The notes beneath the pieces are model-generated. The model was not told the DNA's origin. It searched no databases and worked only from the letters and a program-made list of their open reading frames with translations. Both the position numbers and the translations under genes were made by a program. Below, one piece after another: positions 25,501 to 36,777 of a stretch of 64,000 nucleotides of DNA. The stretch is from Squalus acanthias (Eukaryota). The stretch lies in assembly GCA_030390025.1 (NCBI GenBank), contig CM059443.1, positions 50,468,001 through 50,532,000 of the forward strand, written 5' to 3'. Position 1 is the stretch's first letter. Every line of letters starts with the position of its first letter.

Positions 25501-28500
25501 TCCGCCTCTCTATTTTTACCACCAAAGTGGATAACCTCACATTTATCCACATTGTACTTCATCTGCCATACATTTGCCCATTCACCCAACCTGTCCAAGT
25601 CACTCTGTAGCCTCCTAGCATCCTCCTCATTGTTCACACTGCCTCCCAATTTAGTGTCATCCGCAAATTTGGAGATATTACATTTAATCCCTTCGTCCAA
25701 ATCATTAATATATAATGTAAACAGCTGGGGTCCCAGAACCGAACCCTGCGGTACCCCGCTGGTCACTGCCTGCCATTCTGAAAAGTACCCATTTACTCCT
25801 ACTCTTTGTTTCCTGTGTGCCAACCAGTTCTCAATCCACGTCAACACATTACCCCCAATCCCATGTGCTTTAACTTTGCTCACCAATCTCTTGTGTGGGA
25901 CCTTGTCGAAGGCCTTCTGAAAGTCCAAATACACCACATCTACTGGTTCCCCCCTGTCCACCCTATTGGAAACATCCTCAAAAAATTCCAGAAGATTTGT
26001 CAAGCATGATTTCCCTTTCACAAATCCATGCTGACTTGGACCTATCATGTCGCCACTTTCCAAATGGTCTGTTATGACATCTTTAATAATTGCTTCCATC
26101 ATTTTACCCACGACCGATGTCAGGCTGACCGGTCTATAATTCCCTGCTTTCTCCCTCCCTCCTTTTTTAAAAAGAGAGGTTACATTGGCCACCCTCCACT
26201 CCATCGGAACTGATCCAGAGTCTAAGGAATGTTGGAAAATGATCGTCAATGCATCCACTATTTCCAAGGCCACCTCCTTAAGTACTCTGGGATGCAGACC
26301 ATCAGGCCCCGGGGATTTTTCAGCCTTCAGTCCCATCAATTTCCCCAATACCTTTTCCCGACTAATAAGGATTTCCCTCAGCTCCTCCCTCTTACCAGAT
26401 CCTCTGACCCCTTTTATTTCCGGCAGGTTGTGTGTGTCCTCCACAGTAAACACCGAACCAAAGTACTTGTTCAATTGATCTGCCATTTCCTTGTTCCCCA
26501 TTACGACTTCCCCTGTTTCCGACTGCAGGGGACCTACGTTTGTTTTTACTAACCTCTTTCTTTTTACATATTTATAGAAGCTTTTGCAGTCCATTTTAAT
26601 GTTCTCTGCAAGCTTCCTTTCATATTTTATTTTCCCTGCCCTAATCAAACCCTTCGTCCTCCTCTGCTGAGTTTTGAAGTTCTCCCAGTCCCCGGGTTTG
26701 CTGCTACTTCTGGCCAATTTGTATGCAACTTCCTTGGTTTTAATATTATCCCTGATTTCCCTTGTTAGCCATGGTTGAGCCACCTTCCCTTTTTTATTTT
26801 TATGCCAGACCGGGATGTACAATTGTTGTAGTTCATCCATGCGATCTCTAAATGTCTGCCATTGCCCTTCCACTGATAGCCCCTTAAATATCGCTTGCCA
26901 ATTTAACCTCGCCAATTCACGCCTCATACCCTCAAAGTTGCCCTTATTTAAGTTCTGGACCATGGTCTCTGACTTAACTGTTTCCTTCTCCATCCTAATG
27001 TAGAACTCCACCATACTATGGTCACTCTTCCCCAGTGGGCCTCGTACCACAAGATTGCTGATTAGTCCCTCCTCATTACACAACACCCAGTCCAGGATGG
27101 CCTCCCCTCGAGTTGGTTCCTCAACATATTGGTTTAGGAAACCATCCCTTAAACACTCCAGGAAATCCTCCTCCACCGTATTGCTTCCAGTTTGAGTAGC
27201 CCAATCTATATGCATATTAAAGTCACCCATGATAACTGCCGTGCCTTTTTTGCACGCACCTCTGATTTCCTGTTTCATACCCTCCCCCACCTCACTACTG
27301 CTGTTTGGAGGTCTGTACACAACTCCCACTAACGTTTTCTGCCCTTTGGTGTTCTGCAGCTCAACCCATATTGATTCCACATCCTCCAAGCTGATGTCCT
27401 TCCTAGCTATTGCATTAATCTCCTCTTTAACCAGCAATGCTACCCCACCCCCTTTTCCTTTTATTCTATCCTTTCTGAATGTTGAATACCCCTGGATGTT
27501 CAGTTCCCAGCCTTGATTGTTCTGGAGCCACGTCTCTGTAATCCCAATCACATCGTATCCGTTAACATCTATTTGCACAGTCAATTCATCCACCTTATTA
27601 CGGATACTCCTTGCATTAAGACACAGAGCCTTTAGGCTTGTTTTATTAACATCCTTTGTCCTTTTAGACTTATGATTTAGTATGGCCCTTTGTGTTTCTT
27701 GCCTTTGTTTACTCGGCCTTCCCCTGTTGTTTCTCACCCTTCTAACATTTGTTTCTGACTGCATATTACTTCCCCCTGTTTCGCTACATAGGTTCCCAAT
27801 TGACCCAATCTCTCTTCATACGTCATTCCTGCCATCCCAGGTATCAGCCTTGTGAATCTTCGCTGAACTCCTTCCATGGCAAGAACATCCTTCCTCAGAT
27901 AAGGCGACCAAAACTGCACACAGTACTCAAGGTGTCGTCTCACCAAGGCCCTGTACAACTGCAGCAAGACATCCTTGTTCCTGTACTCAAACCCTCTCGC
28001 TACGAAGGCCAACATACCATTTGCCTTCTTAACCGCCTGCTGCACCTGCATGCTTACCTTCAGTGACTGGTGCACAAGGACACCCAGGTCTCGTTGCACT
28101 TCCCGTTCTCCCAATCTATTGCCATTCAGATAATAATCTGCCTTTCTGTTTTTGACACCAAAGTGGATAACCTCGCATTTATCCACGTTATATTGCATCT
28201 GCCATGCTTCTGCCCAATCACCCGACCTGTCCAAATCATCCTGGAGTTTCTCGGCATCCTCCTCACAGCACACACGCCCACCCAGTTTTGTGTCGTCTGC
28301 AAACTTGGAGATATTACATCTAGTTTCCTTGTCTAGATCATTTATATATATTGTGAATAGCTGGGGTCCAAGGACCGATCCCTGCGGTACCCCACTAATC
28401 ACTGCCTGCCACTCGGAAAAAGACCCGTTTATTCCAACTCTTTGCTTTCTGTCTGCCAACCAGTTCTCTATCCAAGTCAATACCTTGCCCCCAATCCCAT

Positions 28501-31500
28501 GTGCCTTAACTTTACACGCTAATCTCTTATGCGGGACCTTATCAAAAGCCTTTTGGAAGTCCAAATACACCACATCCACTGGTTCTCCCTTATCTATTTT
28601 ACCAGTTACATCCTCAAAAAATTCCAGTCGATTAGTCAAGCATGATTTACCTTTTGTAAATCCATGTTGACTTTGTCCGATCCTGTCACTGTTTTCCAAG
28701 TGCTCAGCTATTACATCTTTTACATCTTTTATAATGGACTCTAGCATTTTCCCCACTACCGATGTCTGTAATTCCCTGTTTTCTCTCTACCACCCTTTTT
28801 GAATAGTGGGGTAACATTAGCTTCCCACCAATCCATGGGTACTGTGCCAGATTCCATCGAATGTTTGAAGATGATCAGCAATGCATCTACTATTTCTAGG
28901 GCCACTTCCTTAAGTACCCTAGGATGTAGATTATCAGGCCCTGGGGATTTATCGGCCTTCAATCCCTTCAATTTCCCTAACACCATTTCCCTACAAATAC
29001 TGATTTCTTTCAGTTCCTCCCTTTCATCAGACCCTATGTTCCCCAACATCTCTGGGAGGTTATCTGTGTCCTCCTTTGTGAAGACAGAACCAAAATATGC
29101 ATTTAATTGGTCTTACATTTCTTTGTTCCCCATTATAAGTTCCCCTGATTCTGACTGCAAGGGACCTACGCTTGACTTCACCAATCTTTTTCTCTTCACA
29201 TATCTATAAAAGCTTTTACAGTCAGTTTTTATGTTCCCTGCAAGCTTACTCTCATATTCTATTTTCCCCTTCTTAATTAATCCCTTTGTCCTCCTTTGTT
29301 GAATCTTAAACTGCTCCCAATCCTCAGGGTTACTGCTTTTTCTGGCCAATTTATATGCCCTCTCCTTGGATCTTATCCTATCCCTAATTTCCCTTGTTAG
29401 CCACTGTTGAGTCACCCTTTTTGTTTTATTCTTATGCCAAACTGGGATGAACAAATTCTGTAGTTCGTCCATGCGGTCTTTGAATGTTTGCCATTGCCTA
29501 TCCACCGTCAACCCTTTGAGTGACATTCCCCAATCAATCCTACCCAACTCGCACCTCATACCACCGTAGTTTCCTTTATTTAAATTCAGGACCCTAGTCT
29601 CTGAGTCAACTACTTCACTCTCCATCCTAATGAAGAATTCTATCATATTATGATCGCTCTGACCCAAGGGGCCTCGCACAACAAGATTGCTAATTAATCC
29701 TTTCTCATTGCATAATACCCAGTCTAAGATGGCCTGATCTCTGGTTGGTTCCTCGACATATTGTTCCAGGAAACCATCCCGTAAACACTCCAGGAATTCC
29801 TCCTCCATAGTATTGTTACTAATTTGGTTAGCCCAATCTATATGTAGATTAAAGTCACCCATGATGACTGCTGTGCCCTTATTGCACGCTTCTCTAATTT
29901 CCCTTTTAATGCCATCCCCAACCTCCGCATTACTGTTTGGAGGTCTTTTTATCACTCCCACTAACGTTTTCTGCCCCTTGTTATTTCTCAGTTCAACCCA
30001 TACAGATTCCACATCATCAGAGCTAATATCCTTCCTTTCAATTGTGTTAATCCCCTCTTTAACCAACAATGCTACCCCACCTCCCTTTCCTTTTTGCCTA
30101 TCTTTCCTGAATATTGAGTACCCTGGATGTTGAGTTCCCAGCCTTGGCCACCATGGAGCCGTGTTTCGGTAATCCCAATCAAATCATATTCGTTTACCTC
30201 TATTTGCGCAGCTAATTCATCCACCTTGTTCCGAATGCTCCTTGCATTAAGACACAAAGCCTTCAGGCTTGTTTTTTTAACGCTCTTAGACCTATTAGAA
30301 TTAGTATTTACTGTGGCCATGTTTGATTTAAACCATTGTTTTCTCTGACTGCCACTTTTGTTTTTCTCCTTCCTATCTTTTGCTTTTATCCTTGTTTCCC
30401 TTTCCTCTGTCTCCCTGCTCAGGTTACCAACCCCCTGCCATTTTAGTTTAAACCCTCTCCCAGAGCACGAGCAAACACTCCCCCTAGGACATCGGTCCCG
30501 GCCCTGCCCAGGTGTAGACCGTCCGGTTTGTACTGGTCCCACCTCCCCCAGAACCGGTTCCAATGCCCCAGGAATTTGAATCCCTCCCCCTTGCACCATT
30601 CCTCTAGCCACGTATTCATGTGAAATATCCTTCTATTTCTACTCTGACTAGCACGTGGCACTGGTAGCAATCCTGAGATTACTACCTTTGAGTTCCTATT
30701 TTTTAATTTACCTCCTAACTCCCTATATTCTGCTTTTAGGACCTCATCCCGTTTTTTACCTATATTGTTGGTACCTATATGCACCACGACAACTGGCTGT
30801 TCACCCTCCCCTTCCAAAATGCTCTGTAGCCGCTCTGTGACATCCTTGACCCTTGCACCAGGGAGGCAACATACCATCCTGGAGTCTCGTTTGCGGCCGC
30901 AGAAACGCCTATCTATTCCCCTTACAATAGAATCCCCTATCACTATAGCTCTCCCACTCTTTTTCCTCCCATCCTGTGCAGCAGAACCACCAACGGTGCT
31001 AGGAAGTTGGCTGCTGCTGTCTTCCCCTGATAAGCCATCTCCCTCAACAATATCCAAAGCGGTATATCTGTTTGAGAGGGGGATGGCCACAGGGGACCCC
31101 TGCACTACCTGCCTGCACCTATTACTCTGCCTGGTGGTCACCCATTCCCTTCCAAACAGTACACATGCTCTGTAGAGTCAGGCTTTGGGCCAGTGCTCTC
31201 CATTCCTTCACCAGGCCTTGGCTGGCTCGATGGCATTGGAACTCTCGTCACCGAGTACGCAACATGCTCGTTGTCATCGCTCTGATCCCTTCTGGGAACC
31301 ACAGAGTACGGGAAACCTAGACAGAAGGACGAGTAGACGATGTGTGCTTTTAGTTTCAACTCTCAAAGGGACAGGCTCGGAAGAGCTGGGCAGTAATTCT
31401 AGTCACTTACATTCAGCCACCTGTGTCAGCTGCACATCACCAGCCCTACAGTTAGCAAAGAAAAGCAACCTGTAAATGTCCCATTAAATGAGGAAAACTA

Positions 31501-34500
31501 TGCAGAAAGTCTGCCCGAAAACTGAACGAATCCCATCCCTACCTGGGTCCTGGTGCTGAGGATCCTTCACAACACATACCATAAGATTGGAAAGATAAAT
31601 TTAAAAATCTTTGTAAGGAGTCTGCACTTACAATTTTCTAGATTTAGAGCAAACATTTTAAAGCACTTGCTTACCTTTGGCAGATAGTCGTTTCCTTCGG
31701 ATTATGCAAAGTACCCCAACAATGCAAATGATCACAACCGCACACGCTATCGCTACTTTCACAGGTGTGGCAGTGACTGGACCTGCAGAGGAGAAGCAAC
31801 ATTAAGTTCAGTCTGTGCAATCCCGTGTTATATGTACAGCTGATCACACTGGTTACCTGGGCTGAGGAACAGACATTTCTGGTTAGAATCTGGAATAGTG
31901 CAATGGCGGAGGAAGTAAATCAAAGCAACTTATAACGGCTACAAACTGTACGACTGATCTGGAATCTCTCTGTTTGAATTATTGATATTAAAAGATTCAC
32001 ATCATATTCTAGATTGCATCACTTACTTTGAGTATTTGTACGAGTTAAGCTGCTGGTCACTGAGGAGATTCCAGATGTTGAGGTGGGGGTGTCTGAAGTC
32101 TCTGCACTCGCCTCTGTCACAGTAAGGGAGATGTTTGCTGCAATCTTCCAGACAGGTTTCCCTGAATCCTGACTGTGGACAGCACAGAGATTCCTCCCAG
32201 TGTCCACCACATCCGCTGAGTGAATAGTAAGGTTGTGAGACTGGTGTCTAGCAGCAAGATTGTCTGAGCTTTGGTTAGAGATTCTTCGTGACGACTTTCT
32301 ATCCACACAGCAGCGTGTGTTAGAATGTGCCTTATAATTCTCAATGCGGACAGAGTGCAGACACTTGTTGATGTTTCCAGATCTGATCCAAAACAGAGTG
32401 AAGACGAGGTTTTTTGTATTCTCAAACTGGCAGGGTAAAGTCACATTCACTCCCTTTGACACTGTCAGCGACCAGGAGTTTTCTTCAGTAGAAAATATTT
32501 CATCCGAATCTATAAACAACATTGACAAGAACCTTTGTTACTAATTATTTAGAAGTGCTGTTCCCACATGTTATCCAGCTGTTTGATGTAAGTGTGAGTC
32601 TGTCTGTAACTAGCTGTATTATCAGCAGTGGAGACAGCAGGCGTGGGCCAGGGCCAAATCCTTGTTTGGAATATTTGTCTGATTTTCCCACCGTTAGATT
32701 AAACATTCCCCAGCTAGAGGCAGATTGTGTAAGATCAGGAAACACTCGGGGACTGAGAGCAAGGAGTGATAAGACAGGACAAATAATGAAAGATCGAACA
32801 CACAAAGGCAAAAGACAGGGTCAGACATTAAAGGACAGAGACAAGGGGGGGAGACTTCAAACTCGCTTCTCTGTATCTCGATACCTGGGCATTTTATCCC
32901 CCCCCCCCCCCCGCAGATACTTCCCCGATCCCTCCCCCGATATTGCCCCAGTACACGTACCACTCTGGATTATCACAAAGAACAAGTCGTGGTTTTCACA
33001 TCCCTCTCCTGACAATGTGAGCCAGGACGGACACTTCGATGATCCTCTTTCTGTGGAATCCTGAGCCGAGCAGGTAAATACCGTCAAGTTAATCGTCTTC
33101 ACATCGAATGTCAGAGACTGAGACTCCGTTTGTTCTTCATTTAATTTGCATTTTCTGCACTCTGGCTTACTCTGCCTGTTTGTCCAATTAAGACTGATAT
33201 TTTCACAAAATTGCATTTCCTTCTCTTTATTCTGACATGTATTGTCAATTTCTGCTCCGAGATCAGTGAAGCTGCACAAGGTGACTTCATCCCCAGCACC
33301 AGTGGGCACGTTGCACTGCAGAGTGGTGACATCTCCTGGTCCTCGGGAGAAGAGATAAGTGGATCCTGCAGGGAAAGGGCAGAATCGGATAGAGATAAAT
33401 AACATTCTACACAGGAAAGATCATTAAACACTCAATATGACACAAGCATCTCACAGTAAATGAGCCTAGATAGACCCCCACCACCCCCTTTACACATTGT
33501 GATAGACTGCCCTCCCATTACACAGTCTGAATCCACTCCACACCACCCCCTCTCCCTGCCTCCATCACACAGGCCTGGACAGAGATCCCACCCCCACCAT
33601 AACACATTCTGATCGAGACCTCACCCCATCCCCATCATAGCCTGAATAGAGACCCCCCACCCTTTCACTGAGCCTGACTACAGTCATACATAGTACATAG
33701 GTTGAGGTTATTGGAAGTCAATCATCTCAGCTCCAGGTCATCGCTCCATGAGTTCATCAGGGCAGTGTCCAAGGCCCAACCATCTTCAGCTGCTTCATCA
33801 ATGACCTTCCCTCCATCATGAGGTGACACGTGGGACTGTTCACTGATGATTGCACAGTGTTCAGCTCCATTTCCAATTCCTCAGATAATGAAGCAGTCCG
33901 TGCCTGCATGCAGCAAGACCTGGACAACATCCAGGCTTGGGCTGATAAGTGATAAGTAACAGTCACACCACATAATGACCATCTCCAACAAGAGAGAGCC
34001 TAACCACCTGCCCTTGACATTTGATGGCATTACCATCATCGACTCTCCCACCATTAACATCCCGGAGTCAACATTGACCAGAGACTTAGCTGCAGCAACC
34101 ACATAAATACTGTGGATACTAGGGCAGGTCAGAGGCTGGGTACTCTGCGGCAACTGGCTCACCGGCTCCCCAAAACCTTTCCACCACCTATAAGGCACAT
34201 GTCAGGAGAGTGATGAAATACTCTCCACTTACGTGGATGAGTGCAGCTCCAAAAACACTCAGGAAACTCAACACCATCCAGGACAAAGCAGTCCACTTGA
34301 TCGGCTCCCTATCCGTCCCCTTAAACATTCACTCCCTCCACCACTGGCTCACCATGGCTGCAGTGCGTACCATCTACATGATAGTACCTCACCAAGGCTT
34401 TTACGGCAGTATCTCCCAAACCCCTGACCTTCACCACCTATAAGAACAAGGGCAGCAGGTGCTTGGGAACACCATCACCTCCAAGTTTCCTTAAAAGTCG

Positions 34501-36278
34501 CACAACATTCTGACTTGGAAATATATTGCTGTTCCTTCATTGTCGCTGGGTCAAAATCCTAGAATTGCCTACCTAACAGCATTGTGGAGCACCTTCACCA
34601 TTTGGAGTGCAGAAGAAAGGCCAAACCCAACTGACCTTCTCAATGGCAACTAGGGATTGGGCAATAAATGCCGGAATTGCCAGTGACACCCACATCCCGA
34701 AGAAAGATCAAATAAATATGAAGTAATCATCCACTTAATGAGGGAACTTAATTTAAGACGTGGCATTGAATACTGGTTCCTAACTTTCAGGGAGATTATA
34801 ATAACTGATAATTGGTGTGAGGACATTAGTTAGTCCTGTAAAAGGAAAACTTCTGGGTAAATATTATCTTTTTAGTTGGGGTTTCTGTAGAAGGAGGGAA
34901 TTAGCTGAAGTTGAATGGTGCAGACCAGAGAGATATTTATAATTAAAAGTATCACTTGATGGAGAGCAATTATATGTAACAAGAGCCGAATTATTTATAA
35001 GGTAATGAAGTAGAGTTATACCAATCTCGTTAGCCGAATGGAAAAAGAGCTCGTTATTTAGGAAACCAGCAGTTAGGTAAAGTTATCGATAAGAACTCAG
35101 TTCAATTAGACTCTCCTTATATGGAGTTGTTTTTCAATGCAGAAATGTGCAAATTGTCACATAGTCGGAGTGAGGGGTAAGTACAAAAAGTGGCAGAGTG
35201 TAATCAGTATTTGGATTCGAAGGGGTTTGATTGGCCTAAAACACTGAACATTAACGCGTTTGAGTCGCCAGCCATCAGCTCTTGTAAGTTCTTGTGGCTC
35301 TTTGCCAGAATCAACTCACGGCCTCGCTCTCCCCACAGTGCTCCTGTCTCTTTCACAACTTCAAATGTTTATCCAATTCTCACTTAAATGATAGAATCAT
35401 AGAATCATAGAAAGTTACTGCACGGAAGCAGGCCATTTCGGCCCATCGTGTCTGCGCCGGCCAACAAAGAGCTATCCAGCCTAATCCCACTTCCCAGCTC
35501 TTGGTCCGTAGCCCTGCAGGTTACAGCATCCCAAGTGCACATCCAAGTACTTTTTAAATGTGGTTAGGGTTTCTGCCTCTACCACCCTTTCAGGCAGTGA
35601 GTTCCAGACCCCCACAACCGTCTGGGTGAAGAAATTCCCATCAAATCCCCTCTAAACCTTCCACCAATTACTTCAAATCTGTGCCTCCTGGTTTTTGACC
35701 CCTCTGCTAAGGGAAATAGGTCCTTTTTGTCCACTTTATCTCGGCCCCTCATCATTTTATACACCTCAATAAGGTCTCCCCTCAGCCTCCTCTGTTCCAA
35801 GGAAAACAAACCCAGCCGATCCAGTCTTTCCTCATAGCTAAGATTCTCTACTCCCGGCAACATCCTTGCAAATCTCCTCTGTACCCTTTCTAGTGCAATT
35901 ATATCTTTCCTGTAATGTGGTGACCAGAACTGCACGCAGTACTCTAGCTGAGGCCTAACTAGTGTTTTATACAGTTGATAAGATCCAAAGCTCTCTGCCT
36001 CAACCATTCGCTGTGGTAAAGCATTCTCTGCTCCAACAACATTTCTCCTAACCTCTCTCCTCACTGTCTTAGTGCCATTTTTAAACTGATGACCCATGAT
36101 TAAACCGTGTTAAAATGCCACAGCAAGGACTGTGATGCGAGCACATTAAACATATTCACAAGAACACCACTGTTTTATATCCTTATCCTAAGCTGAAGAT
36201 TAACTGAAAGTATTAATCCTTACCTGTAACATGTTGGAACAGAAGGAAAAGACCCACAAACAAAGCACCGAGCGCCAT
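22256..36278 (-). CDS. Receptor gene B: two-Ig type I membrane receptor with Tyr-motif tail (452 aa skipping exon 7, or 428 aa ending in exon 7)
   Basis: Exons 36278-36224, 33365-32961, 32509-32027, 31782-31675, 31564-31543, 31445-31411, then 31316-31138 or 22506-22256; canonical GT-AG junctions, all in frame. Confidence 0.8.
22850..23253. repeat. CT/CTGT-rich degenerate microsatellite running into an N gap (duplicate 48100-48560; shorter tract 3510-3655)
   Basis: Direct observation; gaps at 23254-23432 and 48329-48512. Confidence 0.9.
24287..24308 (-). pseudogene. Probable displaced 3' remnant of gene B exon 7 with donor G|GTAAGC (copy C equivalent 58787-58808)
   Basis: Directly abuts the 3' tail of the CR1 whose 5' end interrupts exon 7; GAAG occurs on both flanks. 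Confidence 0.5.
24732..27793 (-). mobile_element. Nested 5'-truncated CR1 with an uninterrupted ORF2
   Basis: (AGAAACAT)n tail; empty site at ~59237 in the duplicate. Confidence 0.92.
24828..27764 (-). CDS. CR1 ORF2, APE endonuclease and reverse transcriptase, 978 aa
   Basis: Single open frame with LNARS, TETW, GDFN, SDH, PQGSVLGP and FADD. Confidence 0.92.
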   Translation of the reverse strand: MQSETNVRRVRNNRGRPSKQRQETQRAILNHKSKRTKDVNKTSLKALCLNARSIRNKVDELTVQIDVNGYDVIGITETWLQNNQGWELNIQGYSTFRKDRIKGKGGGVALLVKEEINAIARKDISLEDVESIWVELQNTKGQKTLVGVVYRPPNSSSEVGEGMKQEIRGACKKGTAVIMGDFNMHIDWATQTGSNTVEEDFLECLRDGFLNQYVEEPTRGEAILDWVLCNEEGLISNLVVRGPLGKSDHSMVEFYIRMEKETVKSETMVQNLNKGNFEGMRRELARLNWQAIFKGLSVEGQWQTFRDRMDELQQLYIPVWHKNKKGKVAQPWLTREIRDNIKTKEVAYKLARSSSKPGDWENFKTQQRRTKGLIRAGKIKYERKLAENIKMDCKSFYKYVKRKRLVKTNVGPLQSETGEVVMGNKEMADQLNKYFGSVFTVEDTHNLPEIKGVRGSGKREELREILISREKVLGKLMGLKAEKSPGPDGLHPRVLKEVALEIVDALTIIFQHSLDSGSVPMEWRVANVTSLFKKGGREKAGNYRPVSLTSVVGKMMEAIIKDVITDHLESGDMIGPSQHGFVKGKSCLTNLLEFFEDVSNRVDRGEPVDVVYLDFQKAFDKVPHKRLVSKVKAHGIGGNVLTWIENWLAHRKQRVGVNGYFSEWQAVTSGVPQGSVLGPQLFTLYINDLDEGIKCNISKFADDTKLGGSVNNEEDARRLQSDLDRLGEWANVWQMKYNVDKCEVIHFGGKNREADYYLNGGRLGKGDEQRDLGVMVHQSLKVGMQVQQAVKKANGMMAFIARGFEYRSREVILQLYRALVRPHLEYCAQFWSPNLRKDILAIEGVQRRFTRLIPGMAGLTYQERLGQLNLYPLEFRRMRGDLIETFKILTGLDKLDAGRMFPMVGKTRTRGHSLRIKGKPFRTELRRNFFTQRVVNLWNSLPQKVVEASSLNIFKRELDITLTTRGIKGYGEKAGMGY
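31138..31316 (-). CDS. Gene B exon 7 (5' part): Tyr-rich cytoplasmic exon CFPYSVV...VAYSVT...HVYCLE, running into a CR1 that supplies the stop codon
   Basis: Acceptor tccttctgtctAG follows exon 6 after a 94-nt intron, is in frame and encodes three Tyr; CR1 ORF1 sequence begins near 31148. Confidence 0.7.
31411..31445 (-). CDS. Gene B exon 6: 35-nt micro-exon (AGDVQLTQVAE)
   Basis: ttttctttgctaactgtAG acceptor, T|GTAAGT donor. Confidence 0.7.
31543..31564 (-). CDS. Gene B exon 5: 22-nt micro-exon (GSSAPGPR)
   Basis: gaAG acceptor, CAG|GTAGGG donor; required to put exon 6 in an open frame. Confidence 0.65.
31675..31782 (-). CDS. Gene B exon 4: transmembrane exon SPVTATPVKVAIACAVVIICIVGVLCIIRRKRLSAK
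   Basis: 108 nt, phase 1-1, ctgcAG and G|GTAAGC; uncharged 19-aa core. Confidence 0.85.
32027..32509 (-). CDS. Gene B exon 3: V-type Ig domain D2 plus Ser/Thr stalk
   Basis: 483 nt, phase 1-1; 13 aa differences from gene A; DTGRNLC replaces DTGRYLC. Confidence 0.9.
32961..33365 (-). CDS. Gene B exon 2: atypical Cys-rich Ig-like domain D1
   Basis: Open 405-nt phase 1-1 exon; GDVTTLQC (B strand), SLTFDVKTINLTVFTC (E-F strands), DLFFVIIQS (G strand); 9 Cys. Confidence 0.75.
36224..36278 (-). CDS. Gene B exon 1: signal peptide MALGALFVGLFLLFQHVT
   Basis: 55 nt, phase-1 donor CAG|GTAAGG. Confidence 0.85.
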
Positions 36279-36777
36279 TTCACATTCCTAGCTCGTTCTT
36301 TGCTCTTCAGAAGCTGGGTGGCTGTTTCACCATCACATTCTGATCTGTGAGATAAAGAGAGAAGTGTAACTTTTGATGATGGTGGAAGAGAAAAGCAGCT
36401 TCCTGTTTGATCAACTCAGATGATATGTGTGCACTGACATTGTATTAATGGGCCTGGGGACAGAGTTTGGGCTGTTCGTTCAACCCTCCAACCACAGAAG
36501 TGTCTGGAGAGGTGAGAGGCTCTGAAATACAAAGTGTACACTATGAGTGTGCCACTGTGCACCACAGTGATAGTGGGTAACACACTCGGCAGACATGTTA
36601 ACAGCCCCCTGTTACGATGTAGATAATAACCATCTGGAGCACAAGAGCTTTTAGTCAACAGTAACATTGGGTCACTCCCACTCTCGGAGAGGATTAACAT
36701 GGGGGACAGTTTGGATGTTGGGTTACAAGATCACAACATCAATACAGATGAGAGCGTTAGCTCCTCCCCTATCATGC

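Larger units (their letters stand above)
5684..28965. repeat. Segmental tandem duplication, copy 1
   Basis: Collinear with 31783-60384, including the same CR1 truncation points and internal deletions. Confidence 0.9.
24309..31148 (-). mobile_element. CR1 (ORF1 esterase plus disrupted ORF2) inserted in gene B exon 7; hosts a nested CR1
   Basis: ORF1 30443-31141, ORF2 fragments 27794-30400, 3' end 24309-24731. Confidence 0.92.

Noticed and set aside
31250-31312. YSVV...YSVT as an ITAM
   Set aside because: Spacing is 13 residues and neither half ends in L/I.
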